64,000 nt of DNA from the IMG/VR virus record IMGVR_UViG_3300012922_000007, positions 14,531 to 78,530 of that record; one strand, written 5' to 3'. Of this stretch, positions 17,721 to 27,243 are shown one piece after another. The position numbers and the translations under genes were made by a program. Source of the stretch: a virus. Every line of letters starts with the position of its first letter. Positions within the stretch are counted from its first letter, which is position 1. The notes below the pieces were generated by a model. It searched no databases. It was given only the letters and a program-made list of their open reading frames with translations, and was not told where the DNA came from.

Positions 17721-17939
17721 AGACGCTCTTTTTCCTACTAAAACTAGCCTCGTGTTTAATTTCCGAGGTCTGCCCTCCTACACAGGAGGACATCGTTTTA
17801 TTTGTGGCCATATTCAAATATGCGGGGATCATGTCCAACGAATCAAAGAACCCGACGTTTGCTGGGATTGTTTCAAGGCTATCCGTATTCTGGAAAGTTC
17901 TAAGAGTCATAGGGTAATTCAGAAAAGAACGAGGTCAAA

Positions 17940-18365
17940 ATGAGCGAGCCTGTTGCGTATTTGTTTTGGTATACTTATGGGCCTAGGTGGTATATATTTT
18001 GTCCTAGATGTTATAGGGACAGCTGGACCCAAGAATCAAATAAGAAGTACATCTATCCGGTATTCGAGGAGTATGTTCAGAAATTCCATCTAATATGTCA
18101 TTCTGGTTGTATTATATCAGGTAAAGAGGAAGATCCTATTTTTGTAAACGCAGATACTACCTCTTTGCCGTCTCCAAATGAAATTCGAGATGAAATTCGA
18201 GGAGAAAATCAGGCAGGCAGTAGTCCGAGTTTCAGAGTTCTGGAACCAATGATATTTAACATACCTGCCGAGCAGCCATCTCGGAATTATCGAAATTACT
18301 TTTCTTATTCTACTAGCACTGATATCTCCAATATCAGGATTGTTCCTAATACAGAGGAAATATGA
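17940..18365 (+). CDS. Zn-binding paralog family protein
   Basis: PVAYLFW..YIFCPRC..YPVFEEYV..FHLICHSGC..LPSPNEI. Confidence 0.75.
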   Translation: MSEPVAYLFWYTYGPRWYIFCPRCYRDSWTQESNKKYIYPVFEEYVQKFHLICHSGCIISGKEEDPIFVNADTTSLPSPNEIRDEIRGENQAGSSPSFRVLEPMIFNIPAEQPSRNYRNYFSYSTSTDISNIRIVPNTEEI

Positions 18366-18518
18366 ACCTCGGAGACATTGGAGCTTGGGCAGGCGCTATT
18401 TTATCTTTAGTCTCGGCTATAGGCTACGCCTTCGCCGGGGATTATCGAAGGGCCTTGTACTTTGGATTCGCATTTGCTTTGACGTTAACGATTATCTGGA
18501 AATAACGAGGTCAAAAAC

Positions 18519-19331
18519 TTGAAATACATTCTTAGACGCCGAGGTATGGGCCGAGACTCGTGCCGACTGATTGCACAACACAGCACCACGGGTCTCAAAG
18601 TTATTCGTAATGACAAATATCAACCCGAGGCCAATTTCCTATTCCGGTGGGGAACTCTCTCAAATGTCCGGAATCCGGAAAGAGAGATTAACTCTTCCGA
18701 GGCTATTCACCTAGCTGCGAATAAGGCAGAGTTTAGGAAGGTATTGCAAGAGGAAAATTTGGCCCCGAAGACGTGGTACAATGGATTTGTGTCTTATCCT
18801 TGCATAGTCCGACCTTTGCAACATAGCGGAGGACAGAATTTATATGTTTGTAAGGACAGCCTCGATCTACAAGCTGCAATTCGAGCGTGTAACGGACAAT
18901 TTTACGCCTCGGAATTAATAAACAAGAAAGCCGAGTTTAGAGTATATACAGTATCTGGACGAGCCATAGGTGTGTCCCAGAAATTCCCTCGGGATGCTAA
19001 TTCGGTTGCTTGGAACGCTAGATGCGGCGGTACGGTGCAGACTGTTAGCTGGGATAACTGGCCTCTACGTGTACTTAAGTCGGCTATTCGGGCTGATGAA
19101 CTCTCTGGTTTAGATTTTGCTGCCCTCGATTTGATTGTGGATAACGAGGACAAAGTCTATGTCCTTGAATCTAACAGTGCTCCGTCGGTGTCAGATTATC
19201 GTGCTAAGTGTTTTGCGAGAGCTTTCGATTATATTATTGCTAACGGAAAAACTCGAATTCCTCTTGTGGGGCGTCTTGGAGGATGGAGAAAATTTCTCCA
19301 CCCGTCCTTGTCCTCGGAGGTTTGGCTATGA
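18519..19331 (+). CDS. ATP-grasp ligase (RimK/YheCD-like)
   Basis: AANKAEF, YPCIVRP..HSGG, EFRVY, WN...GG, GLDFAALD, YVLESNSAP. Confidence 0.88.
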   Translation: MKYILRRRGMGRDSCRLIAQHSTTGLKVIRNDKYQPEANFLFRWGTLSNVRNPEREINSSEAIHLAANKAEFRKVLQEENLAPKTWYNGFVSYPCIVRPLQHSGGQNLYVCKDSLDLQAAIRACNGQFYASELINKKAEFRVYTVSGRAIGVSQKFPRDANSVAWNARCGGTVQTVSWDNWPLRVLKSAIRADELSGLDFAALDLIVDNEDKVYVLESNSAPSVSDYRAKCFARAFDYIIANGKTRIPLVGRLGGWRKFLHPSLSSEVWL

Positions 19332-19591
19332 ACGATCGAGTAGGGATATTACTGAAGGATACGCAGAAACTATACTTCTTTTGTGCTTTCTGCGCCACTG
19401 GCTACGAAAACCTGAAAAGAAGGTATGGGTCGAACTGGGATATTTGGGATGTCTTCGAGGATCAAATCCCGGAGAACTGGGGCCAACCTTGTCAATCTGG
19501 AGGATGTACTAGAACACTAAGGGAAGGAATTCCTTTATTTGCCTCGGAGCTACAGATACAAGAGTTCTATGAAATGGTGCAACTCGTATAA
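19328..19591 (+). CDS. Zn-binding paralog family protein
   Basis: VGILL..LYFFCAFC..WDVFEDQI...GQPC...C. Confidence 0.7.
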   Translation: MNDRVGILLKDTQKLYFFCAFCATGYENLKRRYGSNWDIWDVFEDQIPENWGQPCQSGGCTRTLREGIPLFASELQIQEFYEMVQLV

Positions 19592-19841
19592 TTTGTACTT
19601 CTTCTGTAACTTCTGTAACGATAGATATGATTTTGCAGGAGATAGAAACGAACGTTGGAAAATTTGGCCTGTATATTTAGAGCAAATACCAGAGCTATTT
19701 GGACAAAAATGTCATCAAGATGATTGTCTTCAGATACTAAAACCAGGTCCGTCGTTATACGAAACGATCTCGGATATGAGAAAAGATTATAGCATGGTGT
19801 CTTTGTATAGGAGGAATAGTGCATCCTCTGGACAGGTTTGA
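19569..19841 (+). CDS. Zn-binding paralog family protein
   Basis: LYFFCNFC..WPVYLEQIPELFGQKCH..C. Confidence 0.7.
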   Translation: MKWCNSYNLYFFCNFCNDRYDFAGDRNERWKIWPVYLEQIPELFGQKCHQDDCLQILKPGPSLYETISDMRKDYSMVSLYRRNSASSGQV

Positions 19842-19976
19842 TAGTTTCGAGGGCATTTCTAATGAGGAATTGGCCTCGGTTTATTATGAGGCGCTTAGAG
19901 AAAGTGACCTCGATTTACCATGGTTAGAGAAAGAGATGCAAAGACGAGGATTACTTGGAATTACATAGGAGGAAAT

Positions 19977-20159
19977 ATGTTGACTTGTTCGTGCGGTTCA
20001 GTACTTGTAAGTGATGGAACTACGTTTCGATGCCCCTGGGCCTCGGATAAGAATTACCACACCAAACCACCTGTTGACCTCGCAGATCTCCGAGTTACCA
20101 CAATAGACGGACAAGCGAGGATAAAGGGAAAGAAGATCGGGAGGTTAATCAATGTCTAA
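19977..20159 (+). CDS. small zinc-ribbon protein
   Basis: AGGAGG RBS; CSC..C..H. Confidence 0.55.
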   Translation: MLTCSCGSVLVSDGTTFRCPWASDKNYHTKPPVDLADLRVTTIDGQARIKGKKIGRLINV

Positions 20160-20246
20160 GCCTAGTTACTTTTGGACGTTTATTGAAGGATTTTTCTTTG
20201 GATTTCTTTTAGCTTCATTATTGGGAATAGTGAGGGAGGTGCTTCG

Positions 20247-20597
20247 ATGAGAGGACATCCGGCGCAAAAAGCCTTTGAAATTGACCTTTCGGATGCCCTC
20301 GCGAAATTTAACGCTAAAACACGAGGTCGAAGCACTGAAGCGCAGCAATGGAAGCAACTTTTCGTGGCTGCGACCCTCTGCGGATTCGATATTCAGGTCT
20401 TGGACGTTGACCTCGTAGTAGTCACAGAAATCCAGAATCCGGACAAAGATATGACGGATAGATGGACGAGGAACAGGGACTTGTATTGTCAGCAGCGGGC
20501 TATTGTACAGAACGATATCAACAGTTCATATCCGGAACGTTGGCAACCTAATAGCCTCGATTTAGAAATAATGAAGGACCTCGGAATTAGTGTTTAG
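20247..20597 (+). CDS. hypothetical protein
   Basis: GGAGGT RBS. Confidence 0.65.
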   Translation: MRGHPAQKAFEIDLSDALAKFNAKTRGRSTEAQQWKQLFVAATLCGFDIQVLDVDLVVVTEIQNPDKDMTDRWTRNRDLYCQQRAIVQNDINSSYPERWQPNSLDLEIMKDLGISV

Positions 20598-20815
20598 TCC
20601 TCGGAAATAGACGGAGCTTGAACCGGGTCTGGTAATTTGACCACGCCCGCAACAAAGCCGTTTGGATCGGCGGGCAAAACTACGGCAATTTGGATAACAA
20701 TCACTGGTTGTCTGGCAGGAGTCCCGTCTAACCCGAGGCCGGAAGATTCATCAATTATAGAACCAAAGGCTGTGTTGCCAAGACCCATTGAGAAGGCAAT
20801 TCGGCTATTCTTGGA
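20597..20815 (+). ncRNA. candidate structured RNA upstream of an HNH gene
   Basis: CCTCGG..TAGACGG (20599-20614) pairs with CCGTCTA..CCGAGG (20724-20738), enclosing GCCCGC/GCGGGC and other stems. Confidence 0.35.
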
Positions 20816-20864
20816 AAGTATTTGTCCACTAGTATCACGAAAAACCATTGAAAGGACCTCGTAT

Positions 20865-21353
20865 ATGATTGATATTAAAACAGCTATTGAAAAATATGGA
20901 GCTTGTGAGCACGGGATAATGCCTTATGATACTCCCGATCCGATAAGTCGAAATAATCCTTGCATTTTATGCAAAAGAGAATCAACTCTATTAGCACTAA
21001 GAAAACGATTTTTATCGGGTAAAACCCAGGCCGATGTAGCTAAGCGTCGAATGCACATATGGAACGCAGGAGGCAATTTTACTCCAGAAGAATGGCTAGA
21101 ACGTTTTGACTATTGGGGTAAATGTTGTGTTTTGTGTAATATAGAACTAACCTTACAGAAAAAACACTCTAATACTGCAACTGTGGGTCATTTGATCCCG
21201 GTATCAGAAAAATGGCCGAATAGCAGCAACGAAGCTTGGAATATCGCTCCAATGTGTAAATCTTGTAATTCCTCTCAAGGAGACCGATATGCTTTAGAAG
21301 AATATCCTAAGGGATCTAAAATACTTAGAAAATTCTACAAACACTCTATCTAG
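20865..21353 (+). CDS. HNH endonuclease
   Basis: NFTPEEW, CVLC, TVGHLIPVS, NIAPMCKSCNSSQG. Confidence 0.85.
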   Translation: MIDIKTAIEKYGACEHGIMPYDTPDPISRNNPCILCKRESTLLALRKRFLSGKTQADVAKRRMHIWNAGGNFTPEEWLERFDYWGKCCVLCNIELTLQKKHSNTATVGHLIPVSEKWPNSSNEAWNIAPMCKSCNSSQGDRYALEEYPKGSKILRKFYKHSI

Positions 21354-21382
21354 TTAGACGAAGAGAGCATAGAAAAAGGTGC
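21345..21382 (-). promoter_or_regulatory. ECF-type promoter (copy 2), antisense to the early arm
   Basis: - strand GCACC-17nt-CGTCTAACTAGATAGA. Confidence 0.65.
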
Positions 21383-21400
21383 GAAATGTTGTCTAAAAAC

Positions 21401-21438
21401 GCGCCTTTTTGTACGTTTTGATCGTCAAATTAAACAGA
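21401..21438 (+). promoter_or_regulatory. ECF-type promoter (copy 3) upstream of the sigma gene
   Basis: GCGCC-17nt-CGTCAAATTAAACAGA. Confidence 0.7.
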
Positions 21439-21606
21439 GAAAGGTTCACATGAACGACTTTCCATATCTACATTCCGAGGACATCGGCACATCTCCAGTC
21501 GGGTTCGTATATTCACAGCCAGTGTTCTACTACTATCCTCAATCTGCTGAAAATAGAGAGGTTGTGCGACGGCGTCAATTAATTGACCTCGGACGAGGTG
21601 AGACTC

Positions 21607-22182
21607 GTGACTGAACTATTGGGCGAAGTTTTATCATACGATCCATCAGGAGTACGAGAAGATACGGAACTGATTGAATCCTACAAAAACGGAGATACCG
21701 AAGCATTTGGTAAGCTATTCGAAAAATACAAGCATTTTGTCTATAATTGCTGTATTAAGGCACTAAAAAATCCGGAAGATGCCGAGGATGTTTCTCAGAA
21801 TGTTTGGGTTCATTTTTCAGCCTATCTCTTTCAATTTAAAGAAGATTGTTCTGTTCGCACGATTCTTTTCCGAATTTCAAAAGATCGCTCCATAGACTAT
21901 ATTCGTCAGAAAGATACGAGGTCAGAAGAAGAACAATATTCTCCTGAAGACTTGAAGGAATTATATGCCTATTCCAAAGAATCCCCCGACCAGGATCTCC
22001 TAGTAAATGATATGCTTAAGTCGCTTGAACCCGAGGAAAAAGCCCTCGTAATTGCTATGGTATTCGAGGGTCATACAGGCGAGGAAGATGATCTAGCAGG
22101 CAAACTTGGAGTTGCGAGGTCAACCGTAAGTCGCAGATTAGACAGAGCTTTAGAGAAATTACGAGGTGAAATTAATGGTTGA
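21607..22182 (+). CDS. ECF-family RNA polymerase sigma factor
   Basis: GDTEAFGKLFEKY, DAEDVSQNVW, SIDYIR, C-terminal HTH LAGKLGVARSTVSRRLDRALEKLR; GTG 21607 preceded by GAGGTG. Confidence 0.9.
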   Translation: MTELLGEVLSYDPSGVREDTELIESYKNGDTEAFGKLFEKYKHFVYNCCIKALKNPEDAEDVSQNVWVHFSAYLFQFKEDCSVRTILFRISKDRSIDYIRQKDTRSEEEQYSPEDLKELYAYSKESPDQDLLVNDMLKSLEPEEKALVIAMVFEGHTGEEDDLAGKLGVARSTVSRRLDRALEKLRGEING

Positions 22183-22511
22183 CCATGAATTCTCAGACTC
22201 AGTTGAGAAGAATAAAGAACTATTGACGAGGTTGGTCGATTGTAACGATTGTGCTGTTAGGTGGAGTTGTTCATTAGAGGCGGATGGCCCCTAGTTCGGA
22301 AAATGTCCGAGGCATAAAAACGAGCCACAGGAGAAGCCGTGAGCGAGACTGTTAAATGTCCTAGGTGCGGCGGGCCAGGGCGACACTCAGGCCCAATCTG
22401 TCCGTTCTGTGACGATTGTTGTGCCCAGGAGGGTTACGAGGTCGCGCTCGACCCGTTCTCGCGATTCTTTGAGAAAATTCGCTGGATAGCCCGACACTGG
22501 AGAAAACTGCT

Positions 22512-23177
22512 ATGAACGAAGATTGGTCGAATAAGAACGATTTCGCGTCGGGGCAAAATGCGGGGCACACCTCCGCGCCGCCCGCTCCAGAGTGCACTTG
22601 CGGCTCGCATCCATTGGCTCCTCTTTATCACACGCCAACTTGCCCGAAGGCTTCTGCGGCACAACGCAAGCCCGCTCCTCCCGCACCCGCAGAATGCCAG
22701 AATTGCGATGAGCCGAAAGAGTGGCATGGCTCTGAAGCAGGGAAGATGCATCACGAATTTAATCCCAAGAGCGCACCCGCGGCGCCCTGCCCAGAATGCA
22801 ATCGTCCGACTGTTCACACGGCCACAATCTCAGGAATATGCCTATGCGTCTGCAACACATGCAAGCAACCATTTATCGGCGCACCCGCAGCGCAAGAGAC
22901 GGCGGACATTTGGAAGGAATGGGATAGCGACTCGCAACTTGTTAAATGGGCGGATTCTCGTGCCGCTTCTCTGAAAGACTCTCTAGAAATTCTCGGAGGT
23001 CGCGCCGACTTGGAGAAAATGCGAGCAGATATTGCTGAGGAGAAGGTAGAGAGTCTACAACGAGACAATGTGGTATTACTGGATGCGTTAGAGAAAGCGC
23101 AAGGTGAAAAGATTGAGGCCGAGATTAGTATCCGGAATCTGGAAAATACCCTCGAACAGAGCAAGGGAAAAGATTAA
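22512..23177 (+). CDS. hypothetical protein with Pro/Ala-linked Zn motifs and a C-terminal coiled coil
   Basis: CTC, CQNC, CPEC and CNTC separated by APPAP-like linkers. Confidence 0.6.
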   Translation: MNEDWSNKNDFASGQNAGHTSAPPAPECTCGSHPLAPLYHTPTCPKASAAQRKPAPPAPAECQNCDEPKEWHGSEAGKMHHEFNPKSAPAAPCPECNRPTVHTATISGICLCVCNTCKQPFIGAPAAQETADIWKEWDSDSQLVKWADSRAASLKDSLEILGGRADLEKMRADIAEEKVESLQRDNVVLLDALEKAQGEKIEAEISIRNLENTLEQSKGKD

Positions 23178-25256
23178 TTGATACATTGTCATGTAGATTT
23201 CGAGAGTAGGTCGCTAAAGGACCTTACTGAAGTGGGAATTGACGTGTATTCAAACGATACGAGTACGCAGGCGATTCTCCTCGCTTGGGCTATTGATGAT
23301 GAGCCGGTTAGCATAGTGAGTCTTCTCCGGGATTCTCTACCTAACCGGCTGCTGGAGGCTGTCCATAATCCGGATGTTATAATGGTAGCCTGGAATTCAA
23401 TGTTCGAGCGCCACATATTTGCCAAGTGTCTTGGGATAGTGATACCTATTGAACGGTGGCACGATCCGAGGATAACTGCGAGGTTTGCCTCTATTCCTGG
23501 AAGCCTTGAAGAATGTGGGAAGATTTTAAATCTTCCCCTCGAACAACGAAAACTTAAAGAGGGCCATGATTTAATCCAATTGTTCAGTATGCCTTATAGA
23601 ACCGGAGGCGAAGAGACATTATTTGGAATCCAGCCTGCGGAATTCCACGATTGGAACGATAGACCGGAAGAGTGGAGCCGGTTCGAAGAATATTGTAAAC
23701 AGGATGTAGCCTGCGAGCGCTTTATTATGAAGGCGTTGCGGGGATTTAAGCTACCTGAAAAAGAGATTCGAGGATGGTGGTTGGATCAAAGGATTAATGA
23801 TCGTGGCTTAAAAATTGGATTAGATTTAGTCGGAAATGCTCTAAAACTAGCCGAAAAAGAAAAAGAAGATATTTTATCTAATTTATCAGAAAAAACTGGT
23901 CTGGCAAATCCTAATTCTAATCCTCAGATGCTTGCGTGGATAAAAGAGAGAGGATATGTTTTCTCTAGTATGGGTAAAGCTTTTGTTGCTAGAGCGTTGG
24001 CGGGGGAAAGTCCTCTTACGCCGGAATGTAAAGAGGTCCTTGAACTACGACAGCTATCCTCTCGAACCAGCTACACCAAGTATATTAATATTCAGAATAG
24101 AACTGGACTGGATGGACGACTTCGAGATCAATTTTCATTTTTAGGTTCATCTAGGGCCGGAAGATGGGCAAGTTTAGGCGGAGCACAGCTCCACAATCTC
24201 CCGAGACCTACTAAAGAAGTTAGCAAAAATATGGATTTAGCTGTGGATCTGCTTAGAAAAGGAAATTTTGAAGAGATTAGATCAAAATTTTCTGATCCAA
24301 TGGCACTAGCGGTTAGCTGCGTGCGCTGCGCTATTGTTGCAGACAAAGATAAAAACTTGGTGGTAGCGGACTATGGGGCTGTGGAAAACAGAGTATTAGG
24401 ATGGGTGGCGAGGTGCGACGGTATTCTAAAAGTTTTCCGAGATAATCTTGATCCATATGTTAGTTTTGGTACATTTATGCACGGTAAATCTTATGAAGAA
24501 TTAGATCCAGAAGCAAAAGGAATTACGGAGGAAGAAAAAGCAGCTCGAAAAGAGAAAAGACAAGAAGCAAAACCTGCGGTTTTAGGAGCAGGCTATCGCC
24601 TTGGAGGCGGACAGCTTGGTACAGATAAGTTTGGGAACGAAATTCGCACGGGGCTTTGGGGATATTCGAAGGCTATGGGAGTCGACCTTCCTCAAGAAGA
24701 ATGCGAAAGAATTGTAGCAGTATTTAGAGCTGCCTATCCTGAAGTTTGTCATCTTTGGTACGATCTTGAAAATGCTTCTTTCGATTGTCTGGATGGCGGT
24801 AAGCATGAGGCCGGCCGATGCGTATTTGAAGCATTCGGAGGCGTGGATAGATTTGATAGAAAGCTCATGCGAATTACTTTGCCATCCGGCAGGGGGCTTC
24901 ACTATATAAGACCTCGTGTTGAATCAAGGGAATTTTTCGGTAAACCAAAGAAAACACTAGTATACGAGGGCATTCATCAGCAAACAAGGAATTGGGAACC
25001 TACCACTACACACGGTGGAAAATTAACAGAGAACATCGTGCAAGGGATAGCAAGAGATCTTTTAATGGAAGCAATGCTTGCTGCAGAAGAAGAAGGATAT
25101 TTTATTGTTGCCCATGTTCATGATGAAATTGTGTGCGAGGAAAAAGAATTAGGTTTAGAAGGTTTGATTAAAATAATGATTAAACCACCCGATTGGGGGC
25201 AAGATTTACCTTTGTCGGCAGAAGGCTATATCAGTAAATATTACAAGAAAGGGTAA
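23178..25256 (+). CDS. DNA polymerase family A (SPO2/APSE-like) with 3'-5' exonuclease
   Basis: VDFESRS, AWNSMFER, YCKQDV; motif A VADYGAVENR, motif B RQEAKPAVLGAGY, motif C VHDEIV. Confidence 0.95.
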   Translation: MIHCHVDFESRSLKDLTEVGIDVYSNDTSTQAILLAWAIDDEPVSIVSLLRDSLPNRLLEAVHNPDVIMVAWNSMFERHIFAKCLGIVIPIERWHDPRITARFASIPGSLEECGKILNLPLEQRKLKEGHDLIQLFSMPYRTGGEETLFGIQPAEFHDWNDRPEEWSRFEEYCKQDVACERFIMKALRGFKLPEKEIRGWWLDQRINDRGLKIGLDLVGNALKLAEKEKEDILSNLSEKTGLANPNSNPQMLAWIKERGYVFSSMGKAFVARALAGESPLTPECKEVLELRQLSSRTSYTKYINIQNRTGLDGRLRDQFSFLGSSRAGRWASLGGAQLHNLPRPTKEVSKNMDLAVDLLRKGNFEEIRSKFSDPMALAVSCVRCAIVADKDKNLVVADYGAVENRVLGWVARCDGILKVFRDNLDPYVSFGTFMHGKSYEELDPEAKGITEEEKAARKEKRQEAKPAVLGAGYRLGGGQLGTDKFGNEIRTGLWGYSKAMGVDLPQEECERIVAVFRAAYPEVCHLWYDLENASFDCLDGGKHEAGRCVFEAFGGVDRFDRKLMRITLPSGRGLHYIRPRVESREFFGKPKKTLVYEGIHQQTRNWEPTTTHGGKLTENIVQGIARDLLMEAMLAAEEEGYFIVAHVHDEIVCEEKELGLEGLIKIMIKPPDWGQDLPLSAEGYISKYYKKG

Positions 25257-25257
25257 A

Positions 25258-25800
25258 ATGCCTTCAAAAGAAGAATACGCGAACATGACCGAGGAACAAA
25301 AAAATATCATATTAGAAAGAAATAACAAGTGGAGAGAAAACAATAAAGAGGCTTATGCGATTTCACAAAGAAATTATAGAAAAAGAAACAAAGAGAAGAT
25401 AGCTTCGTTGAAAAAGACGCAATATGAGGAAAATAAACATGTTGTTTTATTAGCAGCTAAAATAATTTATTATTTACGCAAAGCTCTTATGCCGAATACT
25501 TTAGCAGAATCAGGGTCTAGGCAGCAGAGGAAGACTCTTTATAAAATGACTCCAGAACAGCTAGATCAGATGTGGAGCGAGCAAGGCGGTGTTTGCAAAA
25601 TGTGCTCTCTTCCTACTAACAAATTATGCGTAGATCACGATCATAATTGTTGCCCCGGAAAAGCTTCGTGCGGTAAATGCATCCGTGGCATTTTATGCCA
25701 TACGTGTAATATTGCTCTGGGGGTATACGAAAAACACAAATCAAATTGCGAAGATTATTTAATAAACTTCCTAAGAAAACGCGATACGAGGTCAATCTAA
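25258..25800 (+). CDS. recombination endonuclease VII-family protein
   Basis: QGGVCKMC, LCVDHDH, IRGILCHTCNIALG. Confidence 0.9.
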   Translation: MPSKEEYANMTEEQKNIILERNNKWRENNKEAYAISQRNYRKRNKEKIASLKKTQYEENKHVVLLAAKIIYYLRKALMPNTLAESGSRQQRKTLYKMTPEQLDQMWSEQGGVCKMCSLPTNKLCVDHDHNCCPGKASCGKCIRGILCHTCNIALGVYEKHKSNCEDYLINFLRKRDTRSI

Positions 25801-26162
25801 TGCCTTCACCCAAGAAGATCGGCATCCTGATATTTCACGAGGAATACCGTCATTATTTAACACTTTGTACGGAGTGTTTCGAGGGGCATAATTGGTTAAC
25901 CGAAAACAGAAATTGGCCGATTTACGAGGGGGATTTCGGAATGTTTCGTCAACCATGTGACTATTGCCACGAAGAAATGAATCCCGAGGCCAGTCCTACA
26001 ATGTCTGAACTATTTACCATCAGAAAACTTACAATTACGAGGTATGATAGTTACACGAGAACTACGAGGCCAAAACTTCCTGCCCCTCGAACTATTGAAA
26101 GGATGGTGAAAAATGAAACTATTGGCGACCTTAATATTCCTGTTGTTCCTAGCACCCAATGA
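25800..26162 (+). CDS. Zn-binding paralog family protein (dispersed copy)
   Basis: KIGILIF..YLTLCTEC..NWPIYE..FGMFRQPCDYC..ELF. Confidence 0.75.
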   Translation: MPSPKKIGILIFHEEYRHYLTLCTECFEGHNWLTENRNWPIYEGDFGMFRQPCDYCHEEMNPEASPTMSELFTIRKLTITRYDSYTRTTRPKLPAPRTIERMVKNETIGDLNIPVVPSTQ

Positions 26163-26325
26163 TGTCCGGAATACGGATTCTTGCCCTAACTGCGATTGTC
26201 ATAATTCTAATTGGTATCATTGTTCGGCTTACTGCTATACGAGGAAAAATTCACGAGGTCAGCCGACTTGTATGAATCAAGACGAATTTAAGGCTTGCAC
26301 AAAGTTGTGCGCGAGGTCAAAATGA
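26113..26325 (+). CDS. small secreted Cys-rich protein
   Basis: signal peptide MKLLATLIFLLFLAP; 8 Cys. Confidence 0.55.
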   Translation: MKLLATLIFLLFLAPNDVRNTDSCPNCDCHNSNWYHCSAYCYTRKNSRGQPTCMNQDEFKACTKLCARSK

Positions 26326-26537
26326 GCGAATACCAAGAAGGTTTTGTAGACGGTATTTCTTCAATGGAGGGACGAATAGATAACTTAAAGGAGGACTTGG
26401 AAGCATTAAAAGAAGAAAACAGGATTCTAAGAATTAGGTTAAATATGTGTCCAGAATGTGGACTTACAAAACCAGACCATAAAATGAGTTGTGATACACG
26501 ATAATGGGCCACTCCCCATAAAATAAAAAGGAGAACT

Positions 26538-26987
26538 ATGAAACTAATCTCTGTTATTATCCTTGCCCTTGCGAGTTCGTTCGCCTCGGCTCAGACTACA
26601 TACACAACCACACAGGACGCTTGTAGCGGAAAGGCTAATCAAGCGTGTTTCAACATTCCAGTAGTTGATCAGAATAACTTTTCCGGGGTCATTTCTATTG
26701 ATAACCGATCTGTGCAGTACGGTGGATCGCTTTACCTCGGGCCATTCGGGGTCAATGGATATCACGGAGTTTATGCCGGATTTGTCGCTAATCCGGATGG
26801 AACCAAGAACGATTTCAACGGTATCGGATCATTTGAATCTGACGACACAAGCGTAGTTGGGCAGTTTCAGTTCCACGCTTACTATGTCAAGTCTTGTTCA
26901 GGGCGAGGCTGTGGTTCGACCTTGGGCTGGCATTTCCGTATCTTGGCGGGAAGTACAGTAACTGTCGGTGCAACGCAGCCCGACTAA
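26538..26987 (+). CDS. secreted protein
   Basis: signal peptide MKLISVIILALASSFASA; AGGAG RBS. Confidence 0.75.
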   Translation: MKLISVIILALASSFASAQTTYTTTQDACSGKANQACFNIPVVDQNNFSGVISIDNRSVQYGGSLYLGPFGVNGYHGVYAGFVANPDGTKNDFNGIGSFESDDTSVVGQFQFHAYYVKSCSGRGCGSTLGWHFRILAGSTVTVGATQPD

Positions 26988-27243
26988 TAGAATACGAGGT
27001 TCACGATCCGGCTAACCGGCTTGGTCGTGAACCATGTGTTTTTATAGGAGGTTAAAGAATGAATCACAAATGTGGTGCTGTAGACGACGAATCGTGTTTG
27101 TTTGGCTCCGTACACCGCTGCAAGTTTTGGTGTCCTGAAGATAATACTATATGCGGCGGACCTCACACGTGTCTATGCGGATCAAAGTGGCAATATTATG
27201 AACCTAGTGGTCTTTATCAAAGTTCAGACGATTCGAGACCGTA

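Noticed and set aside
15570-19841. Diversity-generating retroelement behind the paralogs
   Set aside because: There is no reverse transcriptase and no near-identical TR/VR pair; the paralogs resemble each other only at protein-motif level.
22175-22342. TAG recoding suggested by an in-frame TAG at 22292
   Set aside because: This is a single case; many genes end normally in TAG and long genes are uninterrupted.
23178-25256. Intron or intein in DNA polymerase (also checked recA and primase-helicase)
   Set aside because: The reading frames are continuous and of normal length; the homing endonucleases are free-standing.
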